This document shows positions 52,101 through 61,749 of a stretch of DNA of 64,000 nucleotides, piece by piece. The stretch comes from Candidatus Gottesmanbacteria bacterium (GTDB lineage: Bacteria; Patescibacteriota; Microgenomatia; UBA10105; UBA927). A program made the translations under genes and the position numbers. The DNA lies in the NCBI GenBank assembly GCA_963714095.1, contig OY970230.1, forward strand, positions 724,103 to 788,102, given 5' to 3'. Under the pieces are notes generated by a model that was not told where the DNA came from, did not search any database, and saw only the letters and a list, made by a program, of their open reading frames with translations. Within the stretch, counting starts at the first letter, position 1. Every line of letters begins with the position of its first letter.

Positions 52101-52729
52101 CCGACACTGTCAACGATTTTTGTAAAGAGAGCAGGATCCAGACTTCCCTGACTGAGATGGATGACATATTGGGGCGCTCCCGCGACCTCAAAAAAGATAT
52201 CCAGATTCGGTGACCCGTTTGCCGTATTGAGAAACTTTACCGTATAGCCTTTAAGCCCTTGGCTGTTGGTAAATGATTCGATACTTGCGACTCCGGTCAG
52301 TCCGCCGAACTGTTTCCACCAGGCGTTTATGTAGACTGTTTTCGGTTGGTTGATATAGATGCTCTCCGCAGTATTTTTTTTAAGGTCATCTACCCCGATA
52401 AGGACATGGGAGGAAGGATTGTCGCCGGCAAGCGCGTACATATCGTACGAGTCATGGGGAAATGTTGTGAGATTGAGGTTTCCCGGCACGCTGAATGTGT
52501 AGGGATAAAGATTTCCTTTTACGGTGTGCCATGCGTTGTTGAGGGTTGGTTGGGCAGTAGGAGTATTTTGTGGCCCAAGATAGGTATTGCCTGCGGGGAT
52601 GACTATCGTTCCGACGCGTCCCGCAATTTGACGGTACTGGAGCACAACCACTATGATGCCCACAATGGTGAAGGTAACTGCGACTACAACAGCTTTATTA
52701 TAGGAAGATATTTTATTTTCCACACACAC
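52085..52729 (-). CDS. signal-anchored secreted hypothetical protein
   Basis: 214 aa. N-terminal TM helix, then a Thr/Asn-rich beta-rich domain. First gene of the minus-strand operon. Confidence 0.4.
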   Translation of the reverse strand: MCVENKISSYNKAVVVAVTFTIVGIIVVVLQYRQIAGRVGTIVIPAGNTYLGPQNTPTAQPTLNNAWHTVKGNLYPYTFSVPGNLNLTTFPHDSYDMYALAGDNPSSHVLIGVDDLKKNTAESIYINQPKTVYINAWWKQFGGLTGVASIESFTNSQGLKGYTVKFLNTANGSPNLDIFFEVAGAPQYVIHLSQGSLDPALFTKIVDSVGWEKQ

Positions 52730-52745
52730 ATAGTATCATAAAAAC

Positions 52746-54425
52746 TTGTACAATAGGGAGCATATGCGGCGAGTATATTGGGGAGCATTAATTTTTTTCT
52801 TCTTACTGTTTTCTCTCGTGCCGACGTTTTATGAATTGTCGCGGCAGGGAGATCTTCAGCCGGACCGGCAGTTTGAACTCGTCCATAATTTTTATACCGA
52901 TTATAATTTTTATCTTTCCCGGATCCGTGAAGGGAGGGAAGGCGCCTGGACTGTGACGGAAAAGTATACGTCAGAGCCTCACGCGGGATCCTACGTCCAG
53001 ATTATGTATCTTCTGATGGGAAAAGTGTCTGCATGGTTTGACGTGCCGTGGAGTAACAGTGGTGATACGTATCACACAGCACGGATAGTCCTTGCGGCTT
53101 CACTATTATTTGTTCTGTCATATGCAGCCAAATGGGCATTTGAGCGGTTCCGTTCTTGGTGGCAGATTGCCGCATTCCTGCTTGCCGTAACAGCCGGGAG
53201 CTGGCCGTTATTAGTGTTTCACCAGGGGGAATGGCGCTTCGGTGGATACATGCCGTGGTGGAGTCTTATGGATAATTTACAACGGATTACGTTTATTCCG
53301 CATATGCTTGCAGGACAGATTCTCATTGTATTCCTTCTGGTTGCAATGGCGCATGCTCCAACCATGAGCCGCGCGGGTAACTGGATATTCCTGGGTTTTT
53401 TAGCGTTTTTACTCGGCGTCGTATTTCCGGCGGGCCTGGGGTTTGTCGCTGCCGCGTGGGGAATATTTATCATCATTGATCTTTTGTGCCGATTGCCGAT
53501 CCCGCGGAAAGAAAGACAGCCGTGGATATTCACACGCATCGTAGGACCCGCCATCATCGGTCTTATGAGTACGCCGACACTTCTTTATTTTTCCCTTATT
53601 ATGAAAATTTACCCGTGGAAGCGGCTTATTGATTATTCAATACTGCACCCGCCGCCGTTTAATCTCGGGGAATATCTCTTGGCTGTGGGACCCATGCTCG
53701 TTTTGGGCGCAATCGGCGGATTATTGGTATTAGTCAAACGGGAGCGCCGGCTTCTCGTGTTTGTGGCGTGGGTAGTTGCGTGGATCGTACTTATTATTGT
53801 TTTTCAATACATCCCCCAGGAGTCACCCCTCAGATTTACGGAAATGCTCCCGCAGGTGCCGCTGGGATTCCTTGCGTGTTATCTTTTCTACGAGTTGTAC
53901 CGGATGTTTATTAAACCGTACCGGTATCTTTTTATCATCATTCCTTCATTTTTGGTTTTAGTGGGGTTGGGACAAATGTACTCATCCTGGCGGTGGCAAA
54001 AAGAATTTATTGATCAGAAAATTTCAGCGACGCAGCCACTCGTTCCCACAGGAAGTTATGTGATGTACCCGTTAAAGGATTTTGTTGCCGCAATAGTATT
54101 TCTTCAGGACCATACGAGCCGCGACACGGTTATTCTTAGTGAAACGACTGCGGGAAACTACATACCGGTTTACTCCGGCAATACCGTGTATGTGGGGCAG
54201 GCAAATACCGTTAACACCGAGCAAAAAGAGCCCGTTGTCAAAGATTTTTTCGCAGGAAATATGACGAGCGCCCAAGCTCAGTCTTTTTTGAAGGAAAATA
54301 ATCTGCATTATATTTTTTTCGGACCGCAAGAATCAGAGGATGGAGGGATTATGGATTTGGCGGAAACATACTCGTTTTTGAATCAAATATACCAAAATAA
54401 TCATGTGAGGGTTTATACGTGGTAA
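52746..54425 (+). CDS. large polytopic membrane protein (GT-C-like)
   Basis: 559 aa, more than 12 TM helices. First gene of the plus-strand glycosylation operon. Confidence 0.45.
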   Translation: MYNREHMRRVYWGALIFFFLLFSLVPTFYELSRQGDLQPDRQFELVHNFYTDYNFYLSRIREGREGAWTVTEKYTSEPHAGSYVQIMYLLMGKVSAWFDVPWSNSGDTYHTARIVLAASLLFVLSYAAKWAFERFRSWWQIAAFLLAVTAGSWPLLVFHQGEWRFGGYMPWWSLMDNLQRITFIPHMLAGQILIVFLLVAMAHAPTMSRAGNWIFLGFLAFLLGVVFPAGLGFVAAAWGIFIIIDLLCRLPIPRKERQPWIFTRIVGPAIIGLMSTPTLLYFSLIMKIYPWKRLIDYSILHPPPFNLGEYLLAVGPMLVLGAIGGLLVLVKRERRLLVFVAWVVAWIVLIIVFQYIPQESPLRFTEMLPQVPLGFLACYLFYELYRMFIKPYRYLFIIIPSFLVLVGLGQMYSSWRWQKEFIDQKISATQPLVPTGSYVMYPLKDFVAAIVFLQDHTSRDTVILSETTAGNYIPVYSGNTVYVGQANTVNTEQKEPVVKDFFAGNMTSAQAQSFLKENNLHYIFFGPQESEDGGIMDLAETYSFLNQIYQNNHVRVYTW

Positions 54426-54435
54426 GGTAAACTAT

Positions 54436-55974
54436 ATGATTCTCGGAAAAAATCGTTTATGGGGACTGTGCATTGGGGTACTTCTCGTTGGAATTCTCCT
54501 TTATCTTTTATATTGGCGTTGGCAGGTAAGTCAGATTAGGTATTTTGATATTGATGAATTTTTACACCTGCATTTGACGGCAGAGCTTGTCCGGGGGGAG
54601 CGGCTATATATTGATTTTATTACGTACTTTTCTCCCGGATTTATGTGGGTACTCGCGCCGCTGTTTTGGATTTATGGCGTTTCATTTCAAATATTTATCG
54701 CAGCGCGCGAGCTATCATTCTGCATATTTTTGGCACTCCTTTTTGTTCTCTGTATTCTGTTTGGGTATACGCGATCGTGGCGTTGGGCTCTGCTTCCGGT
54801 CATTATTTTGGCATTTTTGCCGATGCCGTACGACAAATTTTTAGAAGTGAGACCCGATACGATAGCTACACTTCTTGCATGTGCAGCGCTACTCACGGAA
54901 GTTATCGCAATTAGAAAGATACATGTGATGCGTTTATGGTGTCTGTGCGGATTTTTGTATGGCATATCGTTTTTATTTCTTATCAAAATGGCGCCGTTTC
55001 TTCTTGCCGGGTGGATAGTCGCGATGGTAGTGAGTTTTCAACGGGTAGGCACGAAAAATAAAAAAACTGCTTGGGCAAACCTGATTGCCATGACCGGAGG
55101 ATTATTGATTGCGCTATGTGGATTTTTCGGGTGGGCTGCGTTAACCGGAGGTCTGCAGGTAACATTGTACTCGGTAGTGCAAATGCCATTTGAAATCTCT
55201 AATCATTTTCAGGGGGGGTATTATCTGGCACCGTTTTTATTTTTCTATCCGAACGCATTATTCTACGGCGGCGATGGCGTTTCACTTTCAGCAGGATTAC
55301 TTATGAATAATGCACTATGGATATTTGCGTCCATGGTTGGTGTATATCGTTTGCTTACGCCGTATCTGAAAGCTCAGGGAAATAGGGAGAAGATGCAAAT
55401 TGAACTCCTCCTTGCACTTACGTTTGTATTCGCGGGCATAGGATTTATAAAGTTTTCTCCGGTCAAGTATAGCCAGTATCTCATTCCGACTGCTGTATTT
55501 ATAGCGTACTATGCAGCTGATGGTATATCTCTTTTTTTTGACTGGCTTGCAAGTGTCGGCGGATATCCGTCACTTGCGATTGCCTTGGTTGGACTGGGAT
55601 ATGTACTTGTTACAGTGACCCAATCAATTAATGCTCCGAAGATTTTGTCAACAAATGCCGGACAGCGTACGGAATTTGACCGATTGTTGGCTACCGTGCC
55701 ATTGTCGGCCCGTGTCGTGGATCTGGAAGGTAAAATGATATTTTGGCCTGACGGATACCCAATGTGCTGTATGTCGCTTGAAGATTTTGTGCCGTATATT
55801 TCTCACGGGCCGCCATCTTTAGCAACGTATTTATCTCTTCACCTGGCCGATTATCTGTATGACGGAACCACAAATAGACTCACAAGTCTTTTCCCTGAAA
55901 ATGTTGCATATATAAAATCACACTTTGCACTGGTCCCGGGATGGGGGAGTAGTTTGTGGAAACGGATTCAATGA
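54436..55974 (+). CDS. GT-C fold glycosyltransferase (GT39/ArnT-like)
   Basis: 512 aa, multiple TM helices. First-loop acidic motif FDIDEFLH. Confidence 0.55.
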   Translation: MILGKNRLWGLCIGVLLVGILLYLLYWRWQVSQIRYFDIDEFLHLHLTAELVRGERLYIDFITYFSPGFMWVLAPLFWIYGVSFQIFIAARELSFCIFLALLFVLCILFGYTRSWRWALLPVIILAFLPMPYDKFLEVRPDTIATLLACAALLTEVIAIRKIHVMRLWCLCGFLYGISFLFLIKMAPFLLAGWIVAMVVSFQRVGTKNKKTAWANLIAMTGGLLIALCGFFGWAALTGGLQVTLYSVVQMPFEISNHFQGGYYLAPFLFFYPNALFYGGDGVSLSAGLLMNNALWIFASMVGVYRLLTPYLKAQGNREKMQIELLLALTFVFAGIGFIKFSPVKYSQYLIPTAVFIAYYAADGISLFFDWLASVGGYPSLAIALVGLGYVLVTVTQSINAPKILSTNAGQRTEFDRLLATVPLSARVVDLEGKMIFWPDGYPMCCMSLEDFVPYISHGPPSLATYLSLHLADYLYDGTTNRLTSLFPENVAYIKSHFALVPGWGSSLWKRIQ

Positions 55975-57629
55975 AAAAATATATCGGGCTCTATTTGGCA
56001 ATTATCGTATTTGTCGTCCAGCTTCTCCTTATTCATGGCGCGGGGCTGACATGGGATGAGCCGTCGAGTTTTTTCTTCGGACGGGCGAACCTCGATTTCT
56101 GGCTTACCGGAAACCGTGCATATCTCACCGATATCAAAAGCAAAACGCTCTACACCGATAGCCCGTTTTTTTACCTGTACGGCGAAGATGTGTATCCGCC
56201 GTTCCCGTTTGTTGTCGCCTCGGGGTTTTCGTGGATATTTGCCGAGCATCTGCGCCTTTTATCATTCATTGATGCTCATCACATGGGCGAAGTGTTATTG
56301 GGAAGTGCCGGAGTTGCGGCTTTCTATGGTGTGGCCACTGAAGTCGGTCTTACCGTTCCTATTGCAGCAGCTACCACGCTCCTTTATGCCTTCTATCCGA
56401 CAATTATCGGGGAAATGCGTGCTGATGCCAAAGATATACCGCTGATGAGCATGATCTGTATTTTTGTCTATTGTTTTTTGCGGTTTTTAACAACGCTTTC
56501 GCGCCGTGGGTTTTCCGGGCATGTATGGTGGGCGATTCTTTCAGGCATCACCTTAGGTTTGGCTTTTGCAACAAAACCGACCGCACCGATTATCCTCGTA
56601 CCCATTGCCGTATGGTTTATCATTTCCATAATCGCACATCCATCATTTCGGAAAGCGGTAGGGCGATTGGACCGCCTCACGCCGCTGGTTTTATTGACAG
56701 GAAGTATCGGATTGACAACGTTTTTTTTCGCATGGCCCTGGTTATGGGACAACCCTGTGGGTCATCTTTCTGCAGTCTGGCAGTTTTTCCGAACGGTGGG
56801 ATTTGGCAATGTAGTTACGTACATGGGAGGAATTTATTATGCTGGCTACACATTACCCTGGACCTATCCGTATGCAGCCCTTGGCACCAAAACACCGATT
56901 GAACTCCTCATTCTTGCTATTGCAGGAATGGGGGCTGTTTGGTGGTTCTTTCGCCATGGTCGGGCCTACGCGGCGCTTGCCTTTTTCTGGTTTTGGCTTC
57001 TTATCCTGCGGTTTTTACTGCCGGGGATGGTGATTTATGATGAAGTTCGGCACTATATTGACGCAATGCCGGGGTTTTTTCTTCTCATCGGGTTCGGGCT
57101 CCAATGGTTGGCGCGCCTTCACCCTAAAAAGGTATGGAGGTTCGTTGCAGTCGCGATATTTTTATGTTCTTTCGGTCATGAGATTTTTATTATGGTGCGG
57201 TTTTATCCGTATGAGCCCACGTATTTCAATGCGCTTATCGGCGGCATAAAAACAGTTTCGGCGGACAATCTTTTTGATGTTGAACATCTGGGTGCTTCCG
57301 TCAAAGAGGGGATAGAATTTGTCAACAGGCAGCCCGGGAATCCTTCCGTCTATGTGTGTCAGATTTCGCATCTGGCGTATTTTTACGCGGCGCCGAATGT
57401 CCGGGTGGTGAGGTATCCGCAGGATGGCAGTTATGTGTTGGTTCCCAACGACTACGCATTTTTTGGTGCAGTGAACGCATATTATTCCAACATTGCCCGT
57501 CGTGTGTATACGGTAACCCGCGACGGCGGGGATTTGCTATACGTGTACCACGTTACGGGTTCGGGAGCTGAGTATTGCGGTCCGGAATCCGACACTGTTT
57601 TGCCCGCAAAATATGATACGAATCCGTAA
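55956..57629 (+). CDS. GT-C fold glycosyltransferase (GT39/ArnT-like)
   Basis: 557 aa. First-loop motif LTWDEPSSFF. C-terminal soluble domain. Confidence 0.55.
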   Translation: METDSMKKYIGLYLAIIVFVVQLLLIHGAGLTWDEPSSFFFGRANLDFWLTGNRAYLTDIKSKTLYTDSPFFYLYGEDVYPPFPFVVASGFSWIFAEHLRLLSFIDAHHMGEVLLGSAGVAAFYGVATEVGLTVPIAAATTLLYAFYPTIIGEMRADAKDIPLMSMICIFVYCFLRFLTTLSRRGFSGHVWWAILSGITLGLAFATKPTAPIILVPIAVWFIISIIAHPSFRKAVGRLDRLTPLVLLTGSIGLTTFFFAWPWLWDNPVGHLSAVWQFFRTVGFGNVVTYMGGIYYAGYTLPWTYPYAALGTKTPIELLILAIAGMGAVWWFFRHGRAYAALAFFWFWLLILRFLLPGMVIYDEVRHYIDAMPGFFLLIGFGLQWLARLHPKKVWRFVAVAIFLCSFGHEIFIMVRFYPYEPTYFNALIGGIKTVSADNLFDVEHLGASVKEGIEFVNRQPGNPSVYVCQISHLAYFYAAPNVRVVRYPQDGSYVLVPNDYAFFGAVNAYYSNIARRVYTVTRDGGDLLYVYHVTGSGAEYCGPESDTVLPAKYDTNP

Positions 57630-57668
57630 CGTACGCAACTTGCCTCTCGTGATACAATCTTCTGAGAC

Positions 57669-58403
57669 ATGAAATCATTTGTGCAACCGCATTTGAGTCT
57701 CATTTTGCCCGTGTACAACGAAACCAACCGTCTGGTGCAGGGTCTTACAGCATCCCTTTCATATTTACAAAAGCAAACGTATCCGTGGGAGCTCATTCTT
57801 GTTGATGACGGGTCGCGTATCCCCGTGCGGGAGGTTTTAAAAGGGACACCCATTGCCCGCCGCATGCAGAAGCTTCCGGTTGCCATCCTTCGTCTGCCCA
57901 AAAATTCCGGCAAGGGCACTGCGATTGCCCGTGGTGTTGCGGCAGCGCGGGGGAAATACATCGTATTCAGCGATGTAGATTTTTCGGTGGATATAACAAC
58001 ATTGTCGGTTGTGCTTTCTGCACTGACTGAGGCTTCTGTAGTTATCGCTTCAAGGCGGGCTCCGGGAGCAGTCATCAGCACACACCAACCGATCCTGAGG
58101 GAAACTGCAGGGAGGCTGTTTACCTATTGGTCTAATACCCTTTTGGGTTTACGCGTGTATGACAGTACGTGCGGGTTTAAGGGGTTTCAGCAGAAGGCTG
58201 CCAAACGGTTGTTTAATAATATGGTTATCGGCGGATGGGTGTTTGATGCCGAGGTTCTTTGGCGGGCGCGGCGGTGGAATATGCCGATCGTTCAGGTTCC
58301 GGTTCACTGGTCAGATAAAAAAGGGACGCACGTACATATCCCCGATGTTCTCCGTTCCTGGATGGATCTTTTTAGACTTTGGGCACACGTGAGTAGTTTG
58401 TAG
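57669..58403 (+). CDS. GT2 polyprenyl-phosphate sugar synthase (Dpm1/ArnC-like)
   Basis: LSLILPVYNE, the LVDDGS DxD-type motif and FSDVDFS. Confidence 0.65.
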   Translation: MKSFVQPHLSLILPVYNETNRLVQGLTASLSYLQKQTYPWELILVDDGSRIPVREVLKGTPIARRMQKLPVAILRLPKNSGKGTAIARGVAAARGKYIVFSDVDFSVDITTLSVVLSALTEASVVIASRRAPGAVISTHQPILRETAGRLFTYWSNTLLGLRVYDSTCGFKGFQQKAAKRLFNNMVIGGWVFDAEVLWRARRWNMPIVQVPVHWSDKKGTHVHIPDVLRSWMDLFRLWAHVSSL

Positions 58404-58406
58404 TAT

Positions 58407-59138
58407 ATGCAATCATATTTATATGATGATTTATATGAACTGGAAGATACACACTGGTGGCATCGGGCGAAACGCCGGCTGGTGTATGCCCTTATGCGCC
58501 GGTACACGACCCGTACGCGCACGCGTCCGCGGATTCTTGATGTCGGCTGCGGAACGGGTAAAAATATTGAGGAATGGTCTCACCTTGGTCCTACTGCCGG
58601 CATTGATGCAGAACTCCGTGCTCTGGCATACTGCAAAAAACGCGGAATTTTGCGTGTCCGGTTGGGTAGGGCAGAGCATACAGGGTTGCCCGCTTCCTCG
58701 GTGGATGTAGTAACCCTACTGGATGTTTTGGAACACACGGATGATACGATGGTATTGCCGGAAATAGCGCGGATACTATCTGCCGAAGGGATTGTGATTT
58801 TGACCGTACCGGCATACCCATGGCTTTGGAGTACGTGGGACGTGGTATTACACCATAAGCGCCGATATACCAAAAATGGACTTTGTCGTTTAGTGTCAGC
58901 CAACGGGTTCCGCGTCCTGTACGCTTCACATGTATTTTCTTTTTTGCCTCTCCCAGCCCTGCTGATCCGGCTTATGAAATCCCGACTGCCGAAAGAGCAA
59001 TATGGGTCTGATTTTAGATTGTCATTACCGTTTATTAATAGGATATTGTATACATTTTGTATACTGGAGCAGGGAGTGATGAAAATTGTTCCGCTGCCGG
59101 TGGGCACAAGTATAGTCTGTGTTGCTCAAAAAAGATGA
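58407..59138 (+). CDS. class I SAM-dependent methyltransferase
   Basis: Motif I ILDVGCGTGKN and motif II VDVVTLLDVLEH. Confidence 0.7.
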   Translation: MQSYLYDDLYELEDTHWWHRAKRRLVYALMRRYTTRTRTRPRILDVGCGTGKNIEEWSHLGPTAGIDAELRALAYCKKRGILRVRLGRAEHTGLPASSVDVVTLLDVLEHTDDTMVLPEIARILSAEGIVILTVPAYPWLWSTWDVVLHHKRRYTKNGLCRLVSANGFRVLYASHVFSFLPLPALLIRLMKSRLPKEQYGSDFRLSLPFINRILYTFCILEQGVMKIVPLPVGTSIVCVAQKR

Positions 59139-59176
59139 TTTGATTATAGTACTACAAACGTAGTATCCTAGCCGGG

Positions 59177-60157
59177 GTGAAAAAACCATACCTTTCCGTT
59201 ATCATCCCTGCCTACAATGCCAGCGAGACTCTCGGGAGGCTTCTGGGGTCCCTGAAAACATCTTCGTTTAAAAATTTTGAAGTTATCGTCGGGGATGATG
59301 CCTCAAACGAACAATATCTCGTCGGAAAAGGCATTAAAATTGTCCGTTTAACACGGAACCGCGGTCCGGCAGCGGCGAGGAATGCCGCGGTTAAACGAGC
59401 AAAAGGAAACGTCCTTGTTTTTTTGGACGCCGACGTGACGGTATACCCGGATACGCTCTCAAAAATTGCCGGAAAATTTAAAGAAGATCATGATCTTACG
59501 GCTGTTACCGGCGTCTGGGATAAACACCAGCAGACGAAATCGTTTTTTCCGCAATTCAAAGCTATGCGTGACTGGAGTTATTGGACGAATGAACGGGGCC
59601 GTGACGGGTATTATTACCTGTTTAGTACGCGGATTGCGGCGATCCGCCGCGAAGTATTTATCCGGCTCGGCGGCTTTAACGAGGCGTTCCGGCAGATGGA
59701 GGATGTGGAGCTGACCTACAGGATAGCCAAACGGTATGCAATCATCTTTGCGCCCGATGTACGGGTTCACCACGAGTTTGAAAATTTTTGGCCGGTCGCG
59801 CGAAAATACTTCTGGAGGAGCTTTTACTGGACAAAACTTTACAAAGTGCGCAAAAAATTTGATCCGGTTGCAACCACGATGTCCGAAACGATTACGGCAG
59901 CAACGGGGGTTGGGGCAATCGGGGTAATTGGCATAGGGATAATCCTCTATTTTATTTTGCCATATGTATGGGTACGGATGGTCACGCTTGTACTGGCTGC
60001 TATCCTTTTTTTTATTCACCTTTTTTTTCTCCGTAAATTTTTATGGTTTGTCTATAAGGAAAAAGGGATGGGGTTTGCCGTCAAATCAATTTTCACCGGA
60101 CTGGCACTGTATTTCGTCATTATGTCGGGGGCTATCTACTACCAACTCCGGAAGTAA
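59177..60157 (+). CDS. GT2 glycosyltransferase with C-terminal TM helices (GtrB-like)
   Basis: LSVIIPAYNA, FLDADV. Two C-terminal TM helices, as in bactoprenol glucosyltransferases. Confidence 0.6.
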   Translation: MKKPYLSVIIPAYNASETLGRLLGSLKTSSFKNFEVIVGDDASNEQYLVGKGIKIVRLTRNRGPAAARNAAVKRAKGNVLVFLDADVTVYPDTLSKIAGKFKEDHDLTAVTGVWDKHQQTKSFFPQFKAMRDWSYWTNERGRDGYYYLFSTRIAAIRREVFIRLGGFNEAFRQMEDVELTYRIAKRYAIIFAPDVRVHHEFENFWPVARKYFWRSFYWTKLYKVRKKFDPVATTMSETITAATGVGAIGVIGIGIILYFILPYVWVRMVTLVLAAILFFIHLFFLRKFLWFVYKEKGMGFAVKSIFTGLALYFVIMSGAIYYQLRK

Positions 60158-60162
60158 AATCC

Positions 60163-61749
60163 TTGTGCTATGATATTTTTATTCGTATGCATTGGATAAA
60201 ACGACATACAGCGTTTGCTTTATTTTTATGTGTCGTGATCGTGGGTTTTGTACTTTGCCCGTCCATCGGAGCGGCGTGGGACGAGCCGGATAATATGTTT
60301 TCCGGCGGGGTGTATCTAAATTTTATTACCCACGGATTGGACCCGACATATTTTCGGATTCTGACGTATAAAGCATCCGCATACGGGGACCGGATTGTCC
60401 CCAACGACCACGTGACCGCGCACTACCCGCCGATACCAAATTATATAGGCGCGTTGTTTGTGTCTGCGGCTGCGGCACTCCATATACGTGTGACTGCGCC
60501 GGTTATCATCATTGCGTGGCATCTCTCTACCGTGCTCTTTTTTGCCCTTATGGTGACAATGACGTATCGATTCGGTGTTCTGTTGGGATTATCCTATGGT
60601 GCAAGCCTGTTTGCCGCACTGACGGTATTTTTGTACCCGCAGATTTTCGGCTATGGACTTTCCGATCTCAAAGATACCGCACAGGTGGCAATGGTAGTTA
60701 CGAGTCTTTATTATTTGGTGCGGGCAACGAAAGATGCCGGGGTAAAGAAAAAAGATTTTATTATCGGCTCCGTGATGTGGGGGCTGGGAATGGCGACGAA
60801 ATTTAATGCCGTTTACGTGCCGATTATCTGGGGTATTTGGTATTTGGCAACGGCACGAAAAACTATTGTTTTTACTATAAAATACGCTCTCTGTATCGGT
60901 ATTGTCGGTCTTTTGACGATGTTTGTGGTTTGGCCCTATTTATGGTTTTCCCCTTGGGGACATTTTTGGGAGATGGTTACCTATTTTCTAAATGTCGGCC
61001 GCGGGTATAACGTTTTGTGGGACGGGGTCGTGTATACGGTCGGCATGGGAAAAAGTTTATGGTGGTATCCGTGGGCAAGTTTTCTTTTTATGACGCCGTT
61101 GACCGTCCTGGCGTTTATTGCCGTTGGTATTGCAGCATTCCTGCGGTTTGCGAAAAAAAACAGAGTCTTACTCCTTCTGCCCATGTGGATTCTGGTACCG
61201 ATGGTGCGTACGCTGTCTCCCTGGAGCGCATTTTATGACAACCTGCGGCATTTTCTGGAAATTGTACCGGCGTGTATGCTCGTGTCTGCTCTTGCATTGG
61301 ATTGGATTGCCCGAAGATTCCGACCTGTCGCCGTTGTGGCAGCCGTCGCAGCGATTGCGCAGCTGGTCTGGATAAATGTCTCGGTATTTCCGTATTCAAC
61401 GGGCTATTATAATATGTTTGCGAGTATGGCCAATATCAATTTTGACCGAGACATCGAAGGGCTTTCCGTCAAAGAAGGAATGGATTGGCTGCATCAAACG
61501 TATGGTCACCTGAAGGTGTGGGTACCGATAGCCGGTCATTTATCATGGTCGTATTTGACTGCCGGTGATCGATATATCTATACGCTGGAAGAACGCCCTG
61601 ACAGCATTATTATTGTCAATAAGCAAACGCATGACGCTGACAGTTTGAGAATATTGGTTGCTCAAAATAATTTTACTCTTGTCCATACCATTTCCCGCGG
61701 GTCGGCCATATTTGGCTGGATATACAAACGAACTGCTCGCCCGTTGTAA
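60163..61749 (+). CDS. GT-C fold glycosyltransferase (GT39/ArnT-like)
   Basis: 528 aa, first-loop motif AAWDEPDNMF. Confidence 0.55.
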   Translation: MCYDIFIRMHWIKRHTAFALFLCVVIVGFVLCPSIGAAWDEPDNMFSGGVYLNFITHGLDPTYFRILTYKASAYGDRIVPNDHVTAHYPPIPNYIGALFVSAAAALHIRVTAPVIIIAWHLSTVLFFALMVTMTYRFGVLLGLSYGASLFAALTVFLYPQIFGYGLSDLKDTAQVAMVVTSLYYLVRATKDAGVKKKDFIIGSVMWGLGMATKFNAVYVPIIWGIWYLATARKTIVFTIKYALCIGIVGLLTMFVVWPYLWFSPWGHFWEMVTYFLNVGRGYNVLWDGVVYTVGMGKSLWWYPWASFLFMTPLTVLAFIAVGIAAFLRFAKKNRVLLLLPMWILVPMVRTLSPWSAFYDNLRHFLEIVPACMLVSALALDWIARRFRPVAVVAAVAAIAQLVWINVSVFPYSTGYYNMFASMANINFDRDIEGLSVKEGMDWLHQTYGHLKVWVPIAGHLSWSYLTAGDRYIYTLEERPDSIIIVNKQTHDADSLRILVAQNNFTLVHTISRGSAIFGWIYKRTARPL

